64,000 bases of DNA, taken from Magallana gigas. Taxonomy: Eukaryota. Below are positions 12,121 through 26,669 of this stretch, in pieces. The position numbers were made by a program, and so were the translations under genes. Every line of letters starts with the position of its first letter. The first letter of the stretch is position 1. The stretch lies in the NCBI RefSeq assembly GCF_963853765.1, contig NC_088854.1:60078001-60142000 (forward strand), written 5' to 3'. The notes under the pieces are model-generated. The model searched no databases, was not told where the DNA came from, and saw only the letters and a list, made by a program, of their open reading frames with translations.

Positions 12121-14048
12121 CTCTCATTTTGATTTGACACGAGACAGTCGTGGAGCTGACGGATCCGTACCGGTTCACAGACACCACTCGGAACAAGTAC
12201 CTGCTGTCTGGGGACAAGTGGTTCACCCTCACTGAATATACGCCTTCCTCTGTCGTGTTCACGGCATCTGTTGAAGCTTTATAGAAGGGTCCATCATGAA
12301 CATCTGAAGCCCATTGTACAAAGGATGTTTGCTCCACAGAACCAGACGTTGATGTTGCCCATATAATATCGGCATGGTCGTAGCAGCAAACTGCTTTGAT
12401 GAATTTTGGGGAAACAGGCACAACTAGCAATTTAAATAAACATTGTTTAAATTTATTTCAATTTCGAATATTATGAATTATTTTAATTGAATAATTCATG
12501 AATCTATAAAAACATTTTAATGTAAGAAAAATACATAAAAGAATAAAAATATTATACATGTACATGTATATTATTTCAAAATAATTATTACTAGAGCGAA
12601 ATCTACTTCACACTTCAAGCACCATGTCATGAAGGAGATTCAAATGTATGCTTTTCAATTTCTAAAAATTGGAAATCAACATACTATATGCATATTAAAT
12701 CTTGAACTCACAGAGAACATTGATGGCAATTGAAGCAGCATCCGACCACCCAACACTGTTTCTGGCCCTACACTGCAGAGTATTGTTGCCCCACAGTAAA
12801 ACTCTATCAATACTTAAATACGATTCTCTTCCAACAATTTCATGGTTTCCTGGCACCGACCAGAGGTATTCCAGAATTACTACAGGGTTTGCCTTTACAA
12901 CTTCACAGATGACTTTTACTTTCCCGCCAATATTGACATTCAGGACTTTGGGATATGCAATCCTGGTAACGGGTTTGTCTATTCGTGATTGAGAAAAAAC
13001 ATTAATCTTTAAAAATTGTAATCGTGTAAATACATAAATTCAACAACTTGGAATAAAACATACAGAGAATATTCAGGACTGTAGCTGTAGTGAGCGAGTT
13101 GTTATTGTTGGTCGCCCGGCAACGTAAAATTTTTGCGTCATCATTCTTGTCAGCTATCAGTTCCAATTTTTGATTGGTCCCATTAACTTCAGTTTCTCCG
13201 ATAAACCATTGGATGATGGGGGCGGGGTAGGCATCACTATTTACAGAGCACGTAACCAACGTCCTTGTGCCTTCTGCCAAGGTTAACGGATTTTTGTTTG
13301 GTGAAAGAGACAAGTTCCGAACAAATACTTAAAATGAAAACAAAAATTTCAAAACTGCTGAAACCGTACCCATTCAAAATCAATGGAAATGTTATTGTTT
13401 ATTTATGAAAACTTATGGATTTAACTGACTTAGATATATTACAAAAATTATGAAAGTTTTTATTGAAAAGGTTATTCTTAATGCTTGTAGGAATTACCAG
13501 TCTCTAAAAAAAACTTTCATAAAATTACCTGCAATTTTGAGTTGTAAAACCTCGCTTTTGTAACTTTCACCCCCAAAGTAACCACATCGCCAGTCCGAGT
13601 TTTCTTCGTATTTTGTCATGCTTGCAGGAGGAATTGATAGAGAAAATACATTGTCGGAGACACAGTGAAGCTCATACCTTGAACTTTGGGGATTAGAAGG
13701 ACATGTACCATCAGAATTCCATCCAACAGTTCCAACAAGAATATCGTTCCTTGTAAATTTAACAACAGTATACTTTTGGTCTACTGGTGTAAAAATGGAG
13801 CACGTCCACGAATATGCCTTTCCTAATATTGCTGCTGGAAGTGAACCAGTTAAATTATATTGTCCTGGAATTAAAGTTTTATAAAAAAAATATGAACTCT
13901 GCAAAGATACCTTTACTGTCGTCAGCAATGATTGAAATAACAAAATTGAGAAAATGGTTAGTTATTTTATGAACCATGTCTTACCTAGAGAACTGTTGTA
14001 CTTATTCAATAATATTAAGATTATAAAAAACAATCCGATGTTATCCAT
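12121..14048 (-). CDS. IgSF gene copy 2: signal peptide-Ig-Ig-Ig-FN3 (nephrin/SYG-2-like layout); 3' end unresolved
   Basis: Exons 13985-14048, 13529-13864, 13064-13327, 12712-12978, 12121-12423; all open, all phase 1. FN3 motif LSPDSRYLFRVVSVNRYG. Confidence 0.87.
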
Positions 14049-15241
14049 ATTCGTATTTCAGAAAGATATAAACATTATTAGATAAATTTAACGATTTGTG
14101 AATCAACGCTTTAAAAAAATGTCCTGTTCTGTCTAAGAGTTTAAGTGTCATAACTTCGATTCAACCTTTGCTCTTGATGAAATGTGTTACGGACGTCAGT
14201 GTGATTATAGATGAATTCCATTATGATAAAAGGTATATCCGCTCCAAGGGTAAAACACTCCAAGCCAAAGCAATCAACTCAGAGCCCACGATAAAATTCT
14301 ACAATTTGAATGCTTTCCTTGGGACCTGAAATTTAAAAAAAAACCTGGAATATTTCATAAAACAATTCAATAAGAAAACAGCTCTTTTACGACGGCTAGG
14401 TATTTGTGAATTAGAATTTAATATTTTCCTCAGATTAACATAGACGTATTGATTCCCGTATTGATTCTTTGTTCTTTCATGGTTTGATACTCTAGCTGTC
14501 AATTTTTATCACTTAGGCATGACGATATTGATGTTTATTGTAATTGTTTATTTCCCGTTCCGTAATAACGTTGTCCAAGGTTTTAAAATCGACAGGTGCA
14601 TATTTTTTATTCATTCATATTATATATCAATCAAAAATACTTTATTCATCTGAAAATAAATAACGGTTGAAAATGCCCAGTTCATTTATTTGGTTTAATT
14701 GTAACAAAAAATAACCATTCTTGTTTAGCTTTTTTATCGCTGGATATAAATTTTATCCCATGATTATCACACATCAGGCGCTATCAGAGGTGATTATATT
14801 AATGCACATATACTTTTAAGTTGCACAAAAGTATAACTTACCAGTGTCACCATAAATCAGTGAACATAAAGTTTAAATGACCATCAATTCGAAACTTAAT
14901 TTTAACAATAACAAATTATTGTGAAAAAATATACTATATTCCTTTTTTATTTATTCAATTCACATGTGATATTTATCAGCTCTTTTAAACTTCATGAAAA
15001 ATATCAAAAACATCCAAGTATGTCACTCAAGTTTATTGGAAACCTTTTCATGGAAATAAGTTACTTGTATTTTAAAAACCATTATGTCACTTGAGTTTTA
15101 ACTTTCATAACATTATGCTTTATTTCAGAATAATCATTATTATTATAAATACTTGATACCTTGTTCATTGGTCTTTTTGCTGCAAACCCGGACAGGAAAA
15201 TAGTACATATAATAGTCTGTATAATTTCTTTAAATTGAATG

Positions 15242-15765
15242 TTAACCCCCGTGATGTTTGGGTGGTCTAGATGGGATGTACATCTGGGTCTTGATGTAAC
15301 TGGGAACTGGACAGTAGGTCGGTGAACCGATTGTATATTTAACTGGGGACACCATTTGGTCAGGGTTTCCAATTGAGTTTATGTTGTTTTCATAAGTTCC
15401 CATCTCTTTGGACGCAACGAAGAAACCAGCATCGGTGACTTTGTCCAGACTCTAGCAAGTGTGTATCTTGAGCCGTCGAAGTCTCCGGTTGGGACTATCA
15501 TCCATGTAGCCAAGCTCTTCAAACATTGGTTTGACGTTGTCGATTTCGTTTTGGATCACGTAATTGTTGACTGTCACCAATGCTCTTTTTGCGTCCATCG
15601 GTAAGTTTAAGTCTCCACTAATCAAAACCCCAATTTTTTTCGTCTTCAGTGCTAGATACTGCGCCAACGCGGATTATGTATTTTTTCTGCAATGTCGCCA
15701 TATCCCGAATGAATCACCAAAGAAAGCATTTTTAAAATTGTTTAAATAATGGACCACCGGTGAAC
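15242..15765 (-). pseudogene. 3' remnant of the EEP-fold gene (unit 2)
   Basis: VLISGDLNLPMD...GYMDD...RRLRRLKIHTC; frameshifts; same hairpin-arm insertion as unit 1. Confidence 0.85.
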
Positions 15766-16579
15766 CAAGTCTAGTGACAATGGTACTATTTTTTCAGTGG
15801 CCGGACGCATATAAGCGAGGTCATGTCAAAACTCAAAATTAAAATCATAATAAATTATTTTATAAAATGATGATGAGAGAATTTATATTAAATTTATATT
15901 AAATTTTAGCCAAAACTTGTATACAACCTGGTATAATTTAAAAAAAATAAGATTTTTAATTTTCAATTATATGAGTTTATAATTATATGATTATATAATT
16001 ATACTGGATATTATAATTATATGAAAAGGTTAAGATATGTATTTATGTACATGCATGTATATGTTTCAAATGAAATAATAAAGATAAGGGAGTGCTTCAA
16101 ATTTACATTAATTATACACTGTCCCGAGTTTTTGCTTCCACCGTTTTTCGCTTGATATATCGATAGCCATCATTACCTTTGTGCTCAAACTACGTTCATT
16201 CACTATTATTAAAAATGTTCAGATTATTTGTTTTGAAACGCCCCCTCTGCCGCTTCAGGTTTCAATACACTTCCCAAAATAAAGAGTCTACAGGAACTTT
16301 GCATTCCATTAGCCATCAATAAGCCCGGATAACGTTGAACAATTGTGTGAGGTATTGCGAGTGACTTCCGAATGCCGAAAAGATGTAAACATTTCCCATT
16401 ATAAATCTCCATAAGAACTATAAAACGCATTTGTTCTTTGTTTTTTCATGTTTTTTGATACTGTATCATTGTTTATGACTAGGGCAATAAAAATATTGAT
16501 GTCCATTATAATTGTTTATTTCCTGTTCCCCAATAAAGTTGTCAAAATTAGTGCATGTTTTAAAATCGACAACTGCATA

Positions 16580-17165
16580 ATTATATGATTATTATATTAT
16601 TTAAACAAAAAAATGCTTTCTTTGGTGATTCATTCGGGATATGAAGGTAGCGACATTGCTGAAAAAAGACATAGCCCCCGTTAGCGGGTTATGTATTTTT
16701 TTTCTGCAATGATCGCTACCTTCATAACCCGCATTAATCATAAAAGAAAGCATTTTATTATTTATATTAACATCTTTCTTTAAACTGATTAATAAATTGA
16801 TTATGAAAAGTTAGTAAAATTCACTAAATTACTGTTAATGTACATAAGTACGTTAGCTAAAAGAAACAGCCAATTCGTCTCCTGTTAGTCTGACATCATC
16901 ATGATTCTTTTGTGCAGTCCGTGATTATTCTTAGGTTGCTAGTGGTTTCGACCAAACGATAAACAGGGCGTGTCAATTCTATTCCTGTCAGTATTTTGTG
17001 AGTTTCAGCCGTTGTAGATTTCGACCAATTGATAAACGGGGCGTGTAGATTTCAGTGTGACTGTTTCTATAGAGCTATGAATTAACTATATGTTTCCGGA
17101 AGAAATAGAGGAAATAATACTTAGTAGATGTAAATATATGATTATATATCAATCAAAAATGCTTT
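16580..17165. mobile_element. Second copy of the hairpin (Crypton-like) element
   Basis: Hairpin ~16611-16755; collinear with 10123-10702. Confidence 0.55.
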
Positions 17166-18577
17166 AATTGTATATACTTGTCAAAGAACTATTATAGACA
17201 TTTATAGTATTGTTTTATATTAAGTCCTCATGATTTTCAGTTTAAATTACCACTTTATTATTTCAGAAAGTTTGTTTATTGTGCAAGTATTTACTAAATC
17301 AAGGAATATATGATGTAGCTTATAACATGATTTTATTGAAAGATTCAGCATATTATACACATTAAGATTTTGTTATACGTTATTCTAAATGTTTTGATAT
17401 ACATTGTGTATATATAATAGAAATTGATCTTTTTATTTGTTTTAATGTATAAATGGCACATTGGGCGACAAACGGATAGCTACATAAATAGCATTCTGTA
17501 CTTTTGTCAAAAAGGAAATAAACGAATTGTCAAATTTTAAGTTGTAATTGTTGTATAAAGTCGAAAGTTCATGACTTAATTAATAGGAAAGATGAGAATG
17601 ATAGGAGCTATGTGTTGCATTCCTCTATTTCATCTTACAAAAGCAGTGCATTTTTATGTTGTATAATTTTGATATTTCAATTTTGTCCATAAACATAGAT
17701 AATAAACAAGAGCTCTATTGATCATATTTAAGGGCTGAATGGTGATGGCCATTTTTAGGGTATATTGATCTCCTTGAGAAGAAGAGCTCTTTTAAAGATC
17801 TAAGAAAATTTTAAAGTTAAAAAAATTGTACGGAGTTTTTCTTTGGTAAAAAAAGTCTATGGCTGAAAAAAGCATATCTAAATATTTTAATTACATCAGA
17901 TGATTAACTTGTTGATTACCTATCCTCAATTATCAATAGTTTAAAACTTTAACATATTTTAATTCTTTAAATGAACAGTCGTCAATAGTATTAATTAAAA
18001 TAATATGTAAATTAAATGCATTTAATGGTAATTAAAGTAATATGCCATGATACCTTCACGAAAAGTCAGAAAATGTTATTACAAAAATCATATTTTTACT
18101 TTGAGTCTCACATGACGAAACTAATGCTATATAAAATTCTGTCTGTCATATTTTGTGGTAAAATGTGTTAGGAGTCTGATATTGAAGCAGAGGCCGTCTT
18201 GAACAAAAGTCAGTTTGCTATTACTAGTACTCCAATGCACAGACATCTTTCTTCTGGTAAAAAGGTATTCAAATATTATCTATCTTAAATTGTTAAAGTA
18301 CATTAAAAGTTATTATAAGTAATATTGTAGTTTAGTTTCATTAATGTTTGTTGAATACCAACTTTCTGTGATTTTGTTGATTCACAAACAATGAATGTTC
18401 AAAGAAGTTAAATACTCCATAACATATTCCATTGATAGAATATTTGACCACAAAATAAAGTTTCCCTGAAATTGTCATTTTTATGAAATCCATGAAAATA
18501 AATGCCGTTCGATATTAATTAAACCACAGTAGGTACAGATTTCAATAGATAAAAGCTTTCTTACTTGGACAACCTAC

Positions 18578-20502
18578 CTCTCTTTTTGATTTGACACGAG
18601 ACAGTCGTGGAGCTGACGGATCCGTACCGGTTCACAGACACCACTCGGAACAAGTACCTGCTGTCTGGGGACAAGTGGTTCACCCTCACTGAATAAACGT
18701 CTTCCTCTGTCGTGTTCACAGTGTCTGTTGAAGCTTTATAAAAGGGTCCATCATGAACATCTGAAGCCCATTGTACAAAGGATGTTTGCTCCACAGAACC
18801 AGACGTTGATGTTGCCCATATAATATCGGCATGGTCGTAGCAGCAAACTGCTTTGATGAACTTTGGGGAAACAGGCACAACTAGCAATTTAAATAAACAT
18901 CTATTTAAATTTATTTCAATTTCGAATATAATGAATAATTTTAATTGAATAATTCATGAATCTATAAAAACATTTTAATGTAAGAAAAATACATAAAAGA
19001 ATAAAAATATTATACATGTACATGTATATTATTTCAAAATAATTATGACTAGAGGGAAATCTACTTCACACTCCAAGCACCATGTCATGAAGGAGATTCA
19101 AATGTATGCTTTTCAATTTCTAAAAATTAGAAATCACCATACTATATGCATTTTAAATCTTGAACTCACAGAGAACATTGATGGCAACTGAAGCAGCATC
19201 CGACCACCCAACACTGTTTCTGGCCCTACACTGCAGAGTATTGTTGCCCCACAGTAATTCTCTATCAATACTTAAATACGATTCTCTTCCAACAATTTCA
19301 TGGTTTCCTGGCAGCAACCAGAGGTATTCCAGAATTACTACAGGGTTTGCCTTTACAACTTCACAGTTGACTTTTACTTTCCTGCCAATATTTTCATTCA
19401 GGACTTTGGGATATGCAATCCTGGTAACGGGTTTGTCTGTTCGTGATTGAGAAAAAAAAACATTAATCTTTAAAAATTGTAATCGTGTAAATACATAAAT
19501 TCAGCAACTTGGAATAAAACATACAGAGAATATTCAGGACTGTAGCTGTAGTGAGCGAGTTGTTATTGTTGGTCGCCCGGCAACGTAATATTTTTGCGTC
19601 ATCATTTTTGTCAGCTATCAGTTCCAATTTTTGATTGGTCCCATTAACTTCAGTTTCTCCGATAAACCATTGGATGATGGGGGCGGGGTAGGCATCACTA
19701 TTTACAGAGCACGTAACCAACGTCCGTGTGCCTTCTGCCAAGGTTAACGGATTTTTGTTTGGTGAAAGAGACAAGTTCCGAACAAATACTTAAAATGAAA
19801 ACAAAAATTTCAAAACTGCTGAAACCGTACCCATTCAAAATCAATGGAAATGTTATTGTTTATTTATGAAAACTTATGGATTTAACTGACATAGATATAT
19901 TACAAAATTTATGAAAGTTCATATTCATTAATGCTTGTAGGAATTACCAGTCTCTAAAAAAAACTTTCATAAAATTACCTGCAATTTTGAGTTGTACAAC
20001 CTCGCTTTTGTAACTTTCACCCCCGAAGTAACCACATCGCCAGTCTGAGCTTTCTTCGTATTTCGTCATGCTTGCAGGAGGAATTGATAGAGAAAATACA
20101 TTTTCGGAGACACAGTGAAGCTCATACCTTGAACTTTGAGGATTAGAAAGACATGTACCATCAGAATTCCATCCAACAGTTCCAACAAGGATATCGTTCC
20201 TTGTAAATTTAACAACAGTATACTTTTGGTCTACTGGTGTAAAAATGGAGCACGTCCACGAATATGCCTTTCCTAGTATTGCTGCTGGAAGTGAACCAGT
20301 TAAATTATATTGTCCTGGAATTAAAGTTTTATAAAAAAAAAAAATATGAACTCTGCAAAAATGACTTTACTGTCGTCAGCAATGATTGAAATAATAAAAT
20401 TGAGAAAATGGTTAGTTATTGTATGAACCATGTCTTACCTAGAGAACTGTTGTAATTATTCAATAATATTAAGATTATAAAAAACAATCCGATGTTATCC
20501 AT
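18578..20502 (-). CDS. IgSF gene copy 3: signal peptide-Ig-Ig-Ig-FN3; 3' end unresolved
   Basis: Exons 20439-20502, 19979-20314, 19525-19788, 19170-19436, 18578-18880; all open, all phase 1. Confidence 0.87.
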
Positions 20503-21656
20503 ATTCGTATTTCAGAAAGATATAAACATTATTAAATAAATTTTACAATTTGTGATTCAACGCTTTAAAAAAAATGTCCTGGTCTGTCTAAGAGTTTAAG
20601 TGTCATAACTTCGATTCAACCTTTGCTCTTGATGAAATTTGTTGCGGACGTCGGTATGATTATACATGAATCTCATTATGATAAAAGGTATATCCGCTCC
20701 AAGGGTAAAACACTCCAAGTGAAAGCAATTAACTTAGAGCCCACGATAAAATTCTACAATTTGAATGCTTTCCTTGGGACTTGAAATTGAAAATAAAATC
20801 TGGAATATTTCAAAAAACAATTCAATAAGAAAACAGCTCTTTAACGACGGCTAGGTATTTGTGACTTAGAATTTAATATTTGCCTAAGATTAACATAGAT
20901 GTAGTGCATTGTACAGATACCTGTATTGATTCCTTGTTTTCATGGTTTGATACTCTGTAATTGTTTATGAATTAGACGATGAAGATATTGATGTTCATTG
21001 TAATTGTTTATTTCCCGTTCCGTTATGACGTTGTCAAAGGTTTTAAAATCGACAGGTGCATATATTTTTTTTTAATTCATATTATACATCAATCAAAAAT
21101 ACTTTATTCATCTGAAAATAAATAACGGTTGAAAATGCCAAAAGTCAATTATTTGGTTTAATTGTAATAAAAAATAATCATTGCTTGTTTAGCTTTCTTA
21201 TCGCTAGATATAAATTTTATCCCTGATTATCACACGAAAATGCTTCAGCAGTGGTGATTATATTAACGCACATGTACTTAAAGTTGCACAAAAGTATAAC
21301 TTACCAGTGTCACCATAAATCAGTGAACATAAAGTTTAAATAACCATCAATTCGAAACTTAATTTTAACAATTACACATTATTGTGAAAAAAAATACTAC
21401 ATTACTTTTTTACTTATTCAATTCACATGTTTCATATTTATCAACTCGTTTAAACTTCATGGAAAAGATTAAAAACACCCAGTATTTTAAACACCATTAT
21501 GTCACTTGAATTTTAACTTTTATGTCATTATGCTTTATTTCAGAATAATAATTACAATTAAGAGCACTGGAAACCCTTTTCATTGGTCTTTTTGCTGCAA
21601 ACCCGGAGAGGGAAATAGTACATATAACAGTCTGTATAATTTCTTTTAATTGAATG

Positions 21657-22180
21657 TTAACCCCCGTGATGTTTGGGTGGTCTGGATGGGATGTACATCT
21701 GGGTCTTGGTGTAGCTGGAAACTGGACAGTAAGTCGGTAAACCGATTGCTTTTTAACTGGTGACCCCATTGAGTCAGGGTTTCCAACTGAGTTTATAATG
21801 TTTCCTTAAGTACCCATCTCTTTGGACGCAACGAAGAAACCAGCATCGGTGACTTTGTCCTGACTCTAGCAAGTGTGTATCTTGAGCTGTCGAAGTATTC
21901 GGTTGGAACTGTCATACATCTAGCCAAGCTCTTCAAACATTGGTTTGACGTTGTCGATTTCGTTTTGGATCACGTTATTGTTGACTGTCACCAGTGCTCT
22001 TATTGCGTCCATCGGTAAGTTGAAGTGTCCACTAATCAAAACCCCAGTTTCCGTCTTCAGTGCTAGATACTGCGCCAACGAGGGTTATGTATTTTTTCTG
22101 CAATGTCGCTATCTTCATATCCCGAATGAATCACCAAAGAAAGCATTTTTAAAATTGTTTAAATAATGGACCACCGGTGA
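21657..22180 (-). pseudogene. 3' remnant of the EEP-fold gene (unit 3)
   Basis: Collinear with 8760-9275 and 15242-15765; frame broken. Confidence 0.85.
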
Positions 22181-23024
22181 ACCAAGTCTAGTGACAATGG
22201 TACTATTTTTTCAGTGGCCGGACGCATATAAGCGAGGTCATTTCAAAACTCAAAATTAAAATAATAATAAATTATATTATAAAATGATGATGAGAGAATT
22301 TATATCAAATTTTAGCCAAAACTTGTATACAACCTGGTATAATTTAATAAAATAAGATTTATAATTTTCAATTATATGAGTTTATAATTATATGATTATA
22401 AAATTATACTGGATATTATAATTATATGAAAAAGTTAAGATTCATTTTAATTGTAACAAAGTTAAGAAAAATTTGATATGTGTTTATGTACATGCATGTA
22501 TATGTTTAAAATAAAATAATAAAGATAAAGGAGTGCTTCAAATTTACATTGATTATACACTGTCCCGAGTTTTTGCTTCCACCGTTTTTCGCTTGATATT
22601 TCGATAGCCATCAATACCTTTGTGCTCAAACTACGTTCATCCACTAATATTAAAAATGTTCAGATTATTTGTTTTGAAACGCTCCCTCTGCCGCTTCAGG
22701 TTTCAATACACATCCCAAAATAAAGGGTCTACAGGAACTTTGCATTGCATTAGTCATCAATAAGTCCGGATAACGTTGAAAAATTGTGCGAGGTATTGCG
22801 AGTGACTTCCGAATGGCGAAAAGTTGTAAACATTAACCATTATAAATCTCCTTAAGAACTATAAAACGCATTTGTTCTTAGGTTTTTTTTCAAGATTTTT
22901 TTATACTGTATCATTGTTTATGACTTGGCCAATGAAAATATTGATGTCCATTATAATTGTTTATTTCCTGTTCCGTAATAACGTTGTCAAAATTAGTGGA
23001 TGTTTTAAAATCGACAACTGCATA

Positions 23025-23590
23025 ATTATATGATTATATTATTTAAACAATAAAATGCTTTCTTTGGGGATTCATTCGGGATATGAAGGTAGCAACATTG
23101 CAGAAAAAATACATAACCCCCGCTAGCGGGTTTTGTAATTTTTTTCTGCAATGATCGCGACCTTCATAACCCGCATGAATCATAAAAGAAAGCATTTTAT
23201 TATTTATATTAACATCTTTCTTTAAACTAACTAATGAATTAATTATGAAAAGTTAGTAAAATTCACTAAATTACTGTTAATAAATACGTTAGCTAAAAGA
23301 AGAGACTTTGAGTCAGACATCATCATGATTTTTTTATGCAGTCCGGGATTCTTAGGTTACTGGTGACTTCGACCAATCGATAAACAGGGCGTGTCCATTT
23401 TATTCCTGTCAGTATCTTGTCAGTTTCAGTCGTTGTAGATTTCGACCAATCGATAAACGGGGCGTGTAGATTTCAGTCTGGCTGTTTCTATAGAGCTATG
23501 AATTAGCTATATGTTTCCGTAAGAAATAGAGGAAATAATACTAAGTAAATGTTAATATATGATTATATATCAATCAAAAATGCTTTAATT
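23025..23590. mobile_element. Third copy of the hairpin (Crypton-like) element
   Basis: Hairpin ~23052-23198; collinear with the other copies. Confidence 0.55.
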
Positions 23591-26500
23591 GTATATATAC
23601 TTGTCAAAGAACTATTATAGTACTGTTTTAAGTCCTCGTGATTTTCAGTTTAAATTACCAATTTATTATTTTAGAAAGTTTGTTTATTGTGCATGTATTT
23701 ACTAAATCAAGGAATATATGATGTAGCTTATAACATGATCTTATTGAAAGATTCAGCATATTACGTACATTAAGATTTTGTTATACGTTATTCAAAATGT
23801 TTTGATATACATTGTGTATATATAATAAAATTGATTTTTTTCTTTGTTTTAATGTATAAATGTCACATTAAGCGACAAACGGATACCTACATAAATAGCA
23901 TTCTGTTATTTTGTCAAAAAGGAAATAAATGAATTGTCAAATTTTAAGTTGTAATTGTTGTATAAAGTCGAAAGTTCATTACTTAATTAATAGGAAAGAT
24001 GAAAATGATAGGAACTATGTGTTGCATTCCTCTATTTCATCATACAAATGCAGTGCATTTTTATGTTGTATAATTTTGATATTTCAATTTTGTCCATAAA
24101 ACATAGATAATAAACAAGAGCTCTATTGATCATATCTAAGGGCTGGATGGTGTTGGCCATTTTTAGGGTATATTGATCTCCTTGAGAAGAAGAGCTCTTT
24201 TAGAGATCTAAGAAAATTTTAAAGTTAAAAAAATATATATAAATGCCGTTCGATATCAATTAAACCACAGTAGGTACAAAATTCAATAGATAAAAAGCTT
24301 TCTCACTTTGACAACCTACCTCTCTTTTTGATTTGACACGAGACAGTCGTGGAGCTGACGGATCCGTACCGGTTCACAGACACCACTCGGAACAAGTACC
24401 TGCTGTCTGGGGACAAGTGGTTCACCCTCACTGAATACACGTCTTCCTCTGTCGTGTTCACAGCGTCTGTTGATGAGTTATAGAAGGGTCCATTATCAGC
24501 ACCTGAAGTCCATTGTACAAAAGATTCCTGCTTCACAGAACCAGACGTTGATGTTACCCATATGATATCAGCATGGTCATAGCAGCAAACTGCTTTGATG
24601 AACTTCGGCGGAAAAGGCACAGCTAGCAATTAAAATACATATCTGTATTTAAATTTGTTTCCATTTCGAATATTCTGAATTATTTTTAAATGAATAATTG
24701 ATGAATCTACTGGAATGTTTTTCATAAGATAAGGAAAATACAGAAAGAACAAGAGGCCCATGGGGCCACATTGCTCACCTGAGCAACATTGGGCGTTCAA
24801 AAGATATTGTGCCATATGACCCTCGGTTAATTAACAAAAAAATAAATATTGTAAAGGATTCGAATTTTACACTTATTTTTGCATACACGTAATCTTTGAC
24901 ATTGTACCTTCATGAAATACTGTTTTTACACAGAATAAGAAAATCCTACGCAAGATATAGAACTAAATATTTGGTAGGGGTACACTGTTATATAACTTCT
25001 AATTCTCTGAATTTTCGTTCTGCCCCCCCCCCTCCCCCACTTAATAAAGCGATCAAAATATATGAGAGCATAAAGGTACATTTTCTTCCTCAACTACTTA
25101 CTAGTTATTGCATATATTTTTTAAAAATATAATAGTTATTGTATTTTATCAAAAAAATCCTCCTACATGTATATATGTGAAGAAGAAAATTGCACCTCAA
25201 TGCGCTCAATTTCTCAAATTAAAAATATTCAACAATTTAATTTGTCTTCTCCATTATAATGAAATGACTGTTGTTTACGTCGCGTAAACTCGTGACTTTT
25301 ATAACTTTACTCACACTTGATTGATGAATACACTGGAATGAAAAATGTTGTCACGTGACAATTTAAAGAGCTATAAAAATCAATGTTACCGTATTGACAG
25401 GCACATCACTCTTATTTACTATGGCCCACCCATTATTTTTATTTTTATTAAAAAATAACAAATGGCTACAAACCAGGATAATTTTCCGCTGTAATATTTT
25501 CTTAGGAATAGCGATAATTCTTTTATCCCCGCAACGGAAATGTGTCAGAACTATGGAAACTGTTTTAACGATGTCGTTTTTATTTATTCACATTTCACAT
25601 TATTCATTGTATAAAGAGGGGGCCCCAGAGAGTAGTTATATACAGCATATCATTCTTTAATTTTTTTGTGTACAAGTATTTAACATACTCTAATTCATAT
25701 AGAATTTCTAATGATCAACCAAAATTTCAGCGTCAATCGTAGAATTATAAGCAAGATACACAGCTCAAAATTTTGCTAGGTTTGAGTCATATTTTGTTCA
25801 CATGAGTTTATTAAATTCAGCTTAAGATTTTTAACTTTCCTATTCGGCATTTAAAATGGAAAAAAATGAATGGCCTCATATCTGTGTACAAACATAGAAT
25901 TGTGAGCAAATCTCTGTATTTTGCTTATAATTCGAAGCTTAAGGTATTCAATGTATAACGACCTAAATCAGGTATAGACCTCTACTTTTCATTTTTACAA
26001 TAAGCATATATCTCAGTACCATATTATAAAAAAGAATGAAAATTTACCTTGTTGTTTTCAAAATATTTGGAAAAGTATGCCATTGATATTTTCGGTGCTT
26101 CAGCACTAAATGTAATATTAAACCTCAGTTCATAATATCCAATAATTCAAAAAGAACTGTATGATAGATTCATATTATTTAGTTAAATATATAAGAAAGA
26201 GAATGCAATAAAAAACAAATCCAAGAATGAAGGTCTTATAATTTTTTTTTCACACAAACTGCAAACATGGCTTCCAAGAATGTGTTAGTGAAATACAGAC
26301 AAGTGTACAATATGGCCCAAAATAAAAAAAAGTATGAAAGTGCACCAATATTTGGTATAACAATAATTTAAAGACATCTATAAGCAACAAATTCAGATAC
26401 AAATTTTGTTTTTTTACCGTCAATTTTTTTAAAAATTCTAGTTTCTACTACCCCTCCCCCCAAAATGTAAAATCTGAGAAGTGCTAATCTGATATACATA

Positions 26501-26669
26501 AACATGCTTAATCAACTCAAGTGTTTGATATCTTCATTTGAAATGTTACAATCAGAATAGTGAATATATTTATATGTAAATGCATATACTTATATTACAT
26601 AGATATACACACATATATAAATGGTTCTTCAAAATAAGCATGTTTTCCAGTACTTGACTTTACAATCAT

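Larger units (their letters stand above)
5997..24745. repeat. Tandem segmental duplication with ~6.46-kb period (about 3 units; a diverged fourth unit continues at 31830-35150)
   Basis: Matching ORFs at offsets 6246/12702/19160 and 6546/13002/19463. Introns and intergenic DNA also align. The third unit has a ~0.67-kb deletion near 24235. Confidence 0.95.
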
